This document shows positions 1-8,336 of a stretch of DNA of 64,000 nucleotides, piece after piece. Every line of letters starts with the position of its first letter. Position 1 is the stretch's first letter. A model generated the notes under the pieces. The model did no database searches and was not told the DNA's origin. It saw nothing but the letters and a program-made list of their open reading frames with translations. The stretch lies in NCBI GenBank assembly GCA_003156595.1, contig PMHH01000109.1, positions 7,168-71,167 on the forward strand. Reading direction: 5' to 3'. The DNA comes from Acidimicrobiaceae bacterium (GTDB lineage Bacteria; Actinomycetota; Acidimicrobiia; Acidimicrobiales; Palsa-688). A program made the translations under genes and the position numbers.

Positions 1-143
1 CTTTCTACCGTGGCGGTGTTCCCCGGTGGCTGCGCTGCGGCCAGGGTCGTGTGCTTCGCACCGGGTGTAGCGATCACGACGCCGGTCGCGGTTAGGGCGG
101 CCAAAACCCCCGCACCGGCCAGCACCCAAGTCTTCCGCTTCAC
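1..143 (-). CDS. N-terminal part of an exported or membrane-anchored protein; the gene runs off the window
   Basis: The GTG at 143-141 overlaps the stop of the lipoprotein gene (GTGA). My own translation is VKRKTWVLAGAGVLAALTATGVVIATPGAKHTTLAAAQPPGNTATVE, a basic n-region followed by one hydrophobic helix. No function can be assigned. Confidence 0.4.
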   Translation of the reverse strand, partial: MKRKTWVLAGAGVLAALTATGVVIATPGAKHTTLAAAQPPGNTATVE

Positions 144-667
144 TGGCCCCCCATCCCCAGCTGGCCTGAGTAGATAGCGCTGCACTTATCCTTCGCCGCC
201 TGAAATCCCGGAATGCTGTTAGCACCGTTCACCTCGATAACGGGGCCGTCTGGGGTGGGGTCCGGGAAGTCCGGCACGCCGTTGGCGCGCATGCACTGGG
301 CGAACTCGAGCGCCGCCTCCTGCTGTTGGGTGGTCCTCTCGGTGCCCATGAAACCCGGTGGCTCCAGGTCTTTGCACGCGCTGAGGGCCTGCTGGAACGC
401 CGGGGTGTTCGGGTTCAGCGACGAACCATTCACGACCCCGTCGATGGTGAGCTGGCCCGACGAGTCCGGGTCCGGGAACCCGCTGACACCGTTGGCGCGC
501 ATGCACTGGGAGAACTTCACCGCCTGCTCAACATTGGTGCCGGTGTTGTTGGTGCCGCCGCTGCCGGTGTCGGTGGCGGTTGGTGCCTTCGACCCGCACG
601 CGCTGATCACGGCGACCATGGCGATCAGGGCAAGGCCGGCATGCGGCGGCAGCTTTCTACTGATCAC
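140..667 (-). CDS. Secreted lipoprotein built from two copies of a Cys-pair module; function unknown
   Basis: It has a signal peptide with a lipobox (LIAMVAVISAC-GS). The module is duplicated: FSQCMRANGVSGFPDPD...SAC and FAQCMRANGVPDFPDPT...DKC. Confidence 0.75.
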   Translation of the reverse strand: MISRKLPPHAGLALIAMVAVISACGSKAPTATDTGSGGTNNTGTNVEQAVKFSQCMRANGVSGFPDPDSSGQLTIDGVVNGSSLNPNTPAFQQALSACKDLEPPGFMGTERTTQQQEAALEFAQCMRANGVPDFPDPTPDGPVIEVNGANSIPGFQAAKDKCSAIYSGQLGMGGQ

Positions 668-827
668 TGCTGCATCCTCGCCGTAGCAATGAGCACCGTC
701 GATCGGGTACGGCCGCTACCTGTGCTGGTCCGCTGTAGGTCATGCCTCCAAGTCAACGCATCGCGGTGTTACCAGCACGTATGCGTTTTTCGATACGCCG
801 ACGATATGCCCCGCCTCGTACCATGGC

Positions 828-1529
828 GTGAGTGTGCGTGTGTTGATCGTCGAGGACGAGCCCTACATGGCAGAAGCCATCCGCGATGGCCTACGCCTGG
901 AAGCGATCGCCGCCGACATCGCCGGTGACGGTGACACCGCTCTCGGACTGCTGGGCATCAACACCTACGACATCGCCGTCCTCGACCGGGACGTCCCCGG
1001 ACCCTCCGGCGACGAGATTGCCGCACGCATCGTCGCCTCCGGCAGCGGCATGCCTATCCTCATGCTCACCGCGGCCGACCGGCTCGACGACAAGGCCTCC
1101 GGGTTCGAGCTCGGCGCTGATGACTACCTCACCAAGCCGTTCGAACTCCGAGAACTCGTCCTCCGTCTCAGAGCGCTCGATCGGAGACGCGCCCACAACC
1201 GGCCACCAGTGCGAGAGATCGCCGGCCTGCGCCTGGATCCGTTCCGCCGCGAGGTCTACCGCGACGGCCGCTACGTGGCGCTTACCCGCAAGCAGTTCGC
1301 CGTGCTCGAAGTCCTCGTCGCCGCCGAAGGCGGTGTCGTCAGCGCCGAACAGCTACTGCAACGGGCGTGGGACGAGAACGCCGACCCGTTCACCAACGCC
1401 GCCCGAATCACGGTCTCGGCTCTACGCAAACGCCTCGGCGAACCCTGGGTCATTACCACTGTGGCCGGCGTCGGCTACCGCATCGACACCCAACCAGACA
1501 CCGGGCGCGAGGGAGAAGACCGTGGATAG
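828..1529 (+). CDS. OmpR/PhoB-family response regulator
   Basis: The receiver domain reads VLIVEDEP...AVLDRDVPG...LMLTA...KPF. A winged-helix C-terminus follows (LTRKQFAVLEVL...GVGYRI). The start is GTG. Confidence 0.95.
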   Translation: MSVRVLIVEDEPYMAEAIRDGLRLEAIAADIAGDGDTALGLLGINTYDIAVLDRDVPGPSGDEIAARIVASGSGMPILMLTAADRLDDKASGFELGADDYLTKPFELRELVLRLRALDRRRAHNRPPVREIAGLRLDPFRREVYRDGRYVALTRKQFAVLEVLVAAEGGVVSAEQLLQRAWDENADPFTNAARITVSALRKRLGEPWVITTVAGVGYRIDTQPDTGREGEDRG

Positions 1530-2631
1530 AACCCCGGGTTGGAGCGTTCGCCTCAAACTCACCCTCAGCTACGCCGGCTTCCTCATGATCGCTGGCGGCT
1601 TGCTGCTCGGCGCCGTGTGGGTGTTCCTCCTGCGATACGTGCCCAGGCGTGAGACGGTCCTCGTCCACGGCACGTCCGTCTTCGTATCGCTTGGCCGTGG
1701 CGGTCTCGTGCGCGATTTCGCTCCGGCCGCGGCCATCTTGGGGATGTTCCTGCTGGTGTTCGCTCTCCTCGGAGGGTGGCTGCTCGCCGGCCGGATGCTC
1801 GCTCCCCTCACTCGCATCACCGACGCCACCCGCACGGCTGGGACCGGCTCCCTCTCCCACCGAATCGCGCTACCGGGCCGGAAGGACGAGTTCCGCGACC
1901 TCGCCGACGCCTTCGACGCCATGCTCGCCCGGCTCGAATCGCACGTCGCCGAACAGCAGCGATTCGCCGCCAATGCCTCCCACGAACTACGCACCCCGCT
2001 CGCGATCACCCAGACGCTTCTCGACGTGGCCCGCAACGATCCGAACCACGACAACGGCGAACTCGTCGACCGCCTCCACCACCTCAACACCCGAGCGATC
2101 GACCTCACGGAGGCACTGCTCCTGCTCAGCCGCTCCGACCAGAAGTCCTTCACCCCAGAACACGTCGACCTGTCCCTCATAGCCGAAGGAGCCACCGAAA
2201 CACTCCTCTCCTTCGCAGAAGAACATGGCGTTACCATCGAAACCTCCGGCGATATGGCCCAGACCAACGGCTCAGAAGCACTCCTGCTCCAGTTGGCCAC
2301 AAACCTCGTCCACAACGCGATCGTCCACAACCTGCCCCAGCAGGGCGCCGTGTGGGTCACCACCGGCGCGCACCCCGAGAGAGTGGTGCTCACTGTCGAG
2401 AACACCGGCGCGCAGCTCACCCCACAGCGAGTTTCCACCCTTGTCGAGCCGTTTCAGCGTGGCACCGAACGCATACACAGCGACCACGCAGGGGTCGGCC
2501 TCGGCCTAGCCATCGTCAAAAGCATCACCAAAGCACACAACGGAAACCTCATCCTTGCTCCCCGGCCCGCCGGCGGGCTCCGCGTCACGGTGCAACTACC
2601 CGCCGCGTCACCGTACCCCGGTCGGAAGTGA
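1522..2631 (+). CDS. Sensor histidine kinase (two TM helices, HAMP, HisKA, HATPase)
   Basis: The GTG at 1522 overlaps the regulator stop (GTGGATAG). The H-box is FAANASHELRTPL and the G-box is GVGLGLAIVKSI. The part of track ORF 886..2631 upstream of 1522 is a frame artefact over the regulator gene. Confidence 0.9.
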   Translation: MDRTPGWSVRLKLTLSYAGFLMIAGGLLLGAVWVFLLRYVPRRETVLVHGTSVFVSLGRGGLVRDFAPAAAILGMFLLVFALLGGWLLAGRMLAPLTRITDATRTAGTGSLSHRIALPGRKDEFRDLADAFDAMLARLESHVAEQQRFAANASHELRTPLAITQTLLDVARNDPNHDNGELVDRLHHLNTRAIDLTEALLLLSRSDQKSFTPEHVDLSLIAEGATETLLSFAEEHGVTIETSGDMAQTNGSEALLLQLATNLVHNAIVHNLPQQGAVWVTTGAHPERVVLTVENTGAQLTPQRVSTLVEPFQRGTERIHSDHAGVGLGLAIVKSITKAHNGNLILAPRPAGGLRVTVQLPAASPYPGRK

Positions 2632-2632
2632 G

Positions 2633-3484
2633 CTATATGGTCAGAAGTGAGTCACGCTGCTCCTCGGCATCCTGGGTCCGGGCGGCCCCTCGGTCGAGTC
2701 CGGCTGGTGGCGCCGGCGGATTGCGATAGGCCCGCCGCGTGATCAGCGTCGCCGTGCCACACAAGGCGGCGGCCACGATGCCGTCGGCCCAGTAGTGGTT
2801 GCCGGTGACGACCACGGTGAAAAAGGTCAGGACTGGGTAGGCCAACGCCAGCCACCGCCATCGGCTGGTGGAGGCCCACACCACCGAGGCGCCGATGATG
2901 AGCGCCCACCCGACGTGAAGGGAGGGCATCGCTGATAGCTGGTCGAGACCCGGGGCTCCTCCGCTGTAGACGCTGGGACCGATCACCGTGCCGGTGTCGA
3001 CGATGCCGAGGTGGGGCAGCAGTCGGGGCGGGGCGACAGGGAACAGCTGTATGAGCAAACTGGCCCCGGTGACGAGCGCCACCACGGTCCGCACCCTCGG
3101 ATAGCGGTCTCGATGGCGGATGAACAGCCAGATCAGGCATACCCCGAGGGCGGGCACGTGGACCACGGCGTAGTACTCGTTGAGCCAGTGCACCAGCGTG
3201 CGGTGATGGATGACGAGCTCCTGCGCGGCACGCTCGCTCGGCAGGTGCAGTGACCGCTCCAGGTCCCAGATGCTCCGGCCCCGAGCCAGAGCCGCGCTGG
3301 CCCGGCCGAGCGACCACCGGCCCGCGAACTGCCACATGCCGTACAGCACCAGGATCAGCGTCAGCTCCTTGACCCATGGCCGCAGGGCCCGCGCCCACGT
3401 CCGCACCGAGCGACGGGTCACGGTCCACGTGACCGCGGTGGCGCCTGCCATCTCGGCCGCGTCCTGCCAGGGCAGCCACTGCAC
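2633..3484 (-). CDS. PAP2_C-type (phosphatase or inositol-phosphorylceramide-synthase-like) polytopic membrane protein
   Basis: It has several TM helices plus the motifs AMPSLHVGWA and TGNHYWADG, which I recall as typical of bacterial PAP2_C proteins. Confidence 0.65.
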   Translation of the reverse strand: MQWLPWQDAAEMAGATAVTWTVTRRSVRTWARALRPWVKELTLILVLYGMWQFAGRWSLGRASAALARGRSIWDLERSLHLPSERAAQELVIHHRTLVHWLNEYYAVVHVPALGVCLIWLFIRHRDRYPRVRTVVALVTGASLLIQLFPVAPPRLLPHLGIVDTGTVIGPSVYSGGAPGLDQLSAMPSLHVGWALIIGASVVWASTSRWRWLALAYPVLTFFTVVVTGNHYWADGIVAAALCGTATLITRRAYRNPPAPPAGLDRGAARTQDAEEQRDSLLTI

Positions 3485-3797
3485 CTCCTCACGTTACCGG
3501 CGATGGCAGCCACGATCTTCGTCTCAGGGGTGGGTCCAGCTACGCCTAGATATGTGGGCGGGATCGTCAGGGTCTATATTTCCGCAGGCATCGATCGAGA
3601 GCGGGGGACGACGAATGCCAGATTGCGGGAGGGGCCTGTGGAAGTGGAGGAGGGCGGCTGCCAGCGTGATGGTTGGGGCGCTTTCGGTGACGGTTGTCGG
3701 CATGGTGGCCACCGACGGGGCGGCCGCCTCGCCCACTCCGTCGGCCGAAGCGCTTCCGTGGGTCGTTCCGGGGCCTAACAGCTTCCAGCCGGCCAAC

Positions 3798-5820
3798 GTC
3801 TCGTGCCCGGCTGCCGGCCAATGCGTCAGCGTCGGTGGGTACACGGGCGGGAACGAACTGTACGCCGATCAGCTCTCTGGAGGCTCCTGGGTGGCGGCAA
3901 AGCTTCCTAATCCTCTTGGCGAGCTTAAGTCGCTCGACGGCATTTCCTGCTTCTCTGCCGGCTCGTGCACGGCCGTAGGGTCCACATTGTCGGTCGAGTC
4001 GGGCGAACTGGCTCCAATCGCCGAAACACTGTCCTGGAGCGTGGACCCCTTCTTCTCCACCCGTAGCAGACACGGCCACAACCTCCAACTTGACCGGCGT
4101 CTCGTGCCCCGCCGCCGGATCGTGTGTGGCCGTCGGCTACACGAACGGTGGTCCTCCTGGCCTCGTCGATACCCTCTCGTCGGGCACCTGGTCGGATACC
4201 ACCCTGCTGGCACCGGCCGGATCCACGGGGTTCCGCCTTCAGGGCGTGTCGTGTAGCGCGGTCGGATCCTGCGAGGCGGTCGGTTACGCCACGAAATCGT
4301 CAACTGTCGATCAGCCTGTGGTCGAGACCCTGACGTCCGGATCGTGGTCAGCGAGCACCCCCACGCTGCCCGTCGGCGCGCTCTCGGGCGCTTTGTACGG
4401 AGTCTCGTGTCCGGCCAGCGGAACGTGTGTCGCCGTTGGCACCGTGACCGACTCCTCCGACCAGGCGCTCCCACTGGTGGAAACCCTGGCCGGCGGCGCC
4501 TGGTCGCCGACGGCCCTTTCGGCCCAGCCGTCGGGCTCGGTGTTGGCTTCGGTGTCTTGCCCGGTCAGCGGTACGTGCGAGGCGGTCGGTTCGAGCTTGG
4601 GCTCGGTCGTCGAGTCGCTGGCGGGCGGGACGTGGACGGCCTCCACCCTGCCGATCCCGACCGGCGAGACCTTTTTTCAGCTCTTCGGCGTGTCCTGTCC
4701 CTCGATCGGGACCTGCGTGGCCGACGGCCTCGACGGGACCGGTAATGAAGCCCAGGGACTGGTAGCCGAGGACCTCTCGGAGGGAACATGGGAGGAGTCC
4801 AACCTGCCGGCTGTCAACTCGCCGTCGGCGTCGATCACGGGTGTCTCCTGTCTATCCGCCTCGACTTGCACCGCGATCGGCAGCTACCAACGTGCCACCG
4901 GGGCGACTGGGTTTATGGACGAGCGCCTCTCGGGCACGACCTGGACGGGCGGGGTCCTGCCCACCCCTCCCGGCGGCCTCGGCGGGACTTTGACGTCGGT
5001 GTCGTGCCCGTCATCCACGTGGTGCGAGGCGGTGGGTTATTCCGAGGACTCGAGCGGCTTCGACGTTTCGGCGGCCGAGACCCTGTCTGCTGGCAAGTGG
5101 ACGGCCCAGCTGGTGCCGGAGCCCCCGGGGATCAACAGTGGGATCCGTGGCTTAACCGGGGCAGGCCTCGGCGGAGTCTCGTGCCCGGCGGTCGGGATCT
5201 GCGTCGCCGTGGGCGGCTTCTATGACGTCGACACGCGGTCGAACGACCCGATAGTGGAAGAGTTGTCATCGGGCTCGTGGACCTTCACTGTCCCCACGTC
5301 GGACGTGGCCGTCGACGCCTACCTGTCGGCGGTGTCGTGTCCGGTCGTGGGTTGGTGCGAGGCGGTAGGCGGCGACGGATTCGACAGCAGTCAAGCCCTC
5401 GCGGAAACCGGCTGGGGCGCCGACTGGTCGGGCTCAGAACCACCGTTGCCGGTCGAGTCCGGGGCCACGGGTCTGCAAGCGCTGTCCTGCCCCGGGGTAG
5501 ACGCTTGTGTGGCGACCTCGTACGTTTACCAGTCGACGGAGGATCAGTTCATCAGCGACACGCTGAGCCGCGGGGTCTGGACCGACAGCTCGCCGGCTCT
5601 CCAAACCGGCCCGTTCGACCTGGGTGAAGCAGTGGGGTGCGTGTCGACGACGTCCTGCGTGGCGGGGGGCGACTTTGGTGAAGGTACATCCTTCGACGCG
5701 GAGATCCTCCGGCCCGCCGGGTGGAACGCCCAGCCCGTAGACCTGCCGGGCCAGACCGAGTACGGAGGCCTGGGGGGGGTTTCCTGCGTGCAGAGCGGTG
5801 TCTGCACTGCCACCGGCTCC
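3798..5820 (+). repeat. 14 coding repeats of about 45-50 aa, each carrying [GS]-V-S-C-x5-C-x-A-V-G
   Basis: Examples are VSCPAAGQCVSVGGY, ISCFSAGSCTAVGS, VSCPAAGSCVAVGY, VSCSAVGSCEAVGY, VSCPASGTCVAVGT and so on to VSCVQSGVCTATGS. Each is preceded by an L-x-G/S-G-x-W motif. Confidence 0.85.
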
Positions 5821-6258
5821 GAGGACCCGGTTGCGGGCGGCGAGAATCCGATCGCGGTCCAGTTCCAGATCCCGGCGCCCGGCACGGCCACGACGACGCG
5901 CATCACGGGGGTACCAGAAAATGTCGAGAGCGGTCAGGCGGTCACCTACGGCGCAGCAGTCACCCCGCGCCCTGACGGCGGCGACGTAACGTTCATCGAC
6001 CAGACCTCGGGACAGACGCTCTGCGCCGCCCGCGTCCTGAGCGACGGCACTGCGGTCTGCGCGACCACGGCCGGCGATACCGGCCTCCATCAGATCCTGG
6101 CGGCCTACTCAGGCGACTCGAACTTCACTCCATCCGACGGCTCGGCCGCCGAGAACGTCGTGGCGCCCCCCTGTCCGACCGGTGTCAACCACCAAGCTGC
6201 GGGTGAGCCGTGGGCCGTCGCCGCCACCGTCGTCGAGATCGACGGCCGCAGCTGCGCG

Positions 6259-6958
6259 GGGTACTGGGTTGTCACCCGCTCGGGAGGTGTCACCTCGATC
6301 GGCGCCGCACCCTGGCTGGGTGACATGTCCGGGGTTCGTCTCAACGCTCCCATGGTCGGAATCGCGGCCGCTCCTCATGGGGGTTACTGGCTGCTGGGAG
6401 CGGACGGTGGAATATTCACTTTTGGCGACGCTCACTTCTATGGCTCCACGGGCAACCTCCACCTCGACAAACCAGTGGTCGGCATGGCCTCCACGGCCGA
6501 CGGTGACGGCTACTGGCTCGTCGCCTCAGACGGCGGGATCTTTACCTTCGGCCACGCCCCCTTCTACGGCTCCACCGGAAACCTCCACCTCAACAAACCC
6601 GTAGTGGGTATGGCCCCCGCGCTCGGCGGAGCCGGCTATTGGCTCGTCGCCGCCGATGGAGGAATCTTCAGTTTTCGGTGACTCCCCGTTCTACGGCAGC
6701 CTCGGCAACATCACCCTCGCCGCCCCCATCGTCGGTATGTCCCCCCAACCAGACGGGCATGGCTACCGCCTCGTTGGCTCAGATGGCGGGGTGTTCGACT
6801 TCGGCAACGCCGCCTACTACGGCAGCCTCCCCGGCGATCACGTCAACAACCCCCAAGTCACCACCATCGCCTCCAGCGTCGACGGCAACGGCTACTACTT
6901 GGTCAACGGAAATGGCCAACTGTGGGCATTCGGCGACGCTCCCTACCTCGGCAACGCC
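6259..6958 (+). repeat. Six coding repeats of about 40 aa (GYWLVxxDGGIFxFGDAxFYGS...P-V/I-VGM), probably beta-propeller blades
   Basis: The roughly 120-nt tandem periodicity is visible at both DNA and protein level. The second frameshift lies inside repeat 4. Confidence 0.8.
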
Positions 6959-6964
6959 TAAGAG

Positions 6965-7444
6965 TTAGGACTCGAACCCGCCAAACCCGCCCCGGTAGAA
7001 CAGCAACGGGTGCCCAACGCCGGTCTCCAACCCCACCACCCGGCCCACCGCCAGATAATGGTCGCCGGCGTCGTGGATCGTCTCGACGGTGCAGTCGACC
7101 CAGGCCAGGGCCCCGTGCAGCCGGGGCGGCCCCCCGGGAGCGGACCAGGGAGCGGGCGACCACCCCACGCCGGCAAACTTGTCAGCCCCGGAGTTGGCGA
7201 AGGTCCGGGCCAACGGCTCCTGGTCGGTAGCCAGGATGTTGATACAGAAGCTCCCGGCCTCGGCGACCTTCGGCCAGCTGGTGGACGACTTGCCCGGGGC
7301 CACGGCGACCAGCGGAGGGTCCAGCGAGAGGCTGAAAAAGGACTGGCACGTAAACCCAGTGGGCCGCCCGGAGTGGATCGCGGTCACCACCACGACGCCG
7401 CTCGCGAAGTGGCCTAGCGTGGAGCGGAACTCCCCCGGTTCCAT
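6965..7444 (-). CDS. Flavin reductase-domain protein (HpaC-like NAD(P)H:flavin oxidoreductase component)
   Basis: FRSTLGHFASGVVVVT...GFTCQSFFSLSLDPPLV...HYLAVGRVV matches the flavin-reductase fold pattern. Its start overlaps the upstream SDR stop by 1 nt. Confidence 0.8.
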   Translation of the reverse strand: MEPGEFRSTLGHFASGVVVVTAIHSGRPTGFTCQSFFSLSLDPPLVAVAPGKSSTSWPKVAEAGSFCINILATDQEPLARTFANSGADKFAGVGWSPAPWSAPGGPPRLHGALAWVDCTVETIHDAGDHYLAVGRVVGLETGVGHPLLFYRGGFGGFES

Positions 7445-8226
7445 CAGAGGTCTGGGAGGCCGAGCGGCAAGTTCGGGGCGTTGAGTCCTCCGTCAACTTC
7501 CAGGACCTTTCCGGTGAGAAACGCCCCCGCATCCGACGCCAGGTACACGATCGCGGCGGCGATGTCCTCGGGCGTGCCCAGCCGGTGGGCTGGGGTCATG
7601 GCGGTCATGGTGCGGCGCATGTCGTCATTGAGGACGGTGCCGAGGGCGTCCGTCTCGATCGACCCGGGCGCGACCACGTTGACCCGTATCTTCGGCGACA
7701 GATCCACGGCCGCCAAACGGGACATGTGGATGAGGGCGGCTTTGGCGGTGCCGTAGGCCACATACCCGCGATCGGCGAGGCGGCCCATGGTGGAGCTGAT
7801 GTTGATGACCGATCCGCCTCCGACGGCCAGCATGGGCGGCACCACCAGTCGCGTCAGCTCGAAGGCCACCGTCACATTGAAGTGGAACGCGGCCTCGAGG
7901 TAGCGGGGACTGGTCTTCATAAAAGGACGGGGCATGGTGCCGCCGACGTTGTTGACCAGAATGTCGACGCGGCCGAGGGAGGTGGCCGCCTCGATCAATG
8001 CCGGCAGCGTGTCGAGATCGTTGAGGTCGGCAGCGATAGGGACCACCCGGCGACCGGTATCGGAGAGCTTCTCGGCCAGGGCGCCGAGAACATCGGGGTC
8101 GCGGGCGGACACGACCAGGTCCGCGCCGGCCTCGGCCAGCGCCCGCGAGGCGGCCGCGCCGATCCCCCGGCTGGCCCCAGTGACTATGGCAACCTTCCCG
8201 GGCAACCCGAAGCGCTCCAGAAGCAT
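7444..8226 (-). CDS. Short-chain dehydrogenase/reductase (FabG-like)
   Basis: The motifs are KVAIVTGASRGIG, NNVG and Y-GTAK. An internal ATG at 8226 is preferred over the track start at 8274. Confidence 0.9.
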   Translation of the reverse strand: MLLERFGLPGKVAIVTGASRGIGAAASRALAEAGADLVVSARDPDVLGALAEKLSDTGRRVVPIAADLNDLDTLPALIEAATSLGRVDILVNNVGGTMPRPFMKTSPRYLEAAFHFNVTVAFELTRLVVPPMLAVGGGSVINISSTMGRLADRGYVAYGTAKAALIHMSRLAAVDLSPKIRVNVVAPGSIETDALGTVLNDDMRRTMTAMTPAHRLGTPEDIAAAIVYLASDAGAFLTGKVLEVDGGLNAPNLPLGLPDL

Positions 8227-8336
8227 GGCCTGGGAGCATAGGGCGGCCGGCCGTCCCGCCGAGCGGAACGTCAAGGGTCAGGCCTGCACCCACGGCAACG
8301 TAGCGTGGACGGGGTCAAGCCAAGGGAGGATCATCG

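Larger units (their letters stand above)
3615..6961 (+). pseudogene. Large secreted repeat protein (signal peptide, 14 Cys-pair repeats, Ig-like domain, 6 propeller-like repeats) interrupted by two frameshifts
   Basis: Three consecutive ORF pieces continue one another's repeat pattern: 3615-4034, 4036-6675 and 6677-6961. One extra base at 4035 separates ETLS from GAWTPSSPPVADTATTSNLTGVSC. A T4 run at 6672-6675 turns GGIFSFGDSPFYGS into GGIFSFR-stop. The signal peptide is MPDCGRGLWKWRRAAASVMVGALSVTVVGMVA. Confidence 0.7.

Noticed and set aside
886-1521. The N-terminal 212 codons of track ORF 886..2631, read in another frame across the response-regulator gene.
   Set aside because: The sequence is Pro/Ser/Thr/Ala-rich with no kinase features. 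The kinase begins at GTG 1522, where the TM helices start, overlapping the regulator stop. This is a typical high-GC open-frame artefact.
6667-6682. Programmed +1 ribosomal frameshifting at the TTTT-C site in the repeat-protein gene.
   Set aside because: A Phe-tRNA slip from UUU to UUC is conceivable. However, the 0-frame stop is one codon further on rather than in the A site, I see no upstream Shine-Dalgarno-like stimulator, and the first frameshift at 4035 has no slippery sequence at all. An indel or sequencing error is more economical.
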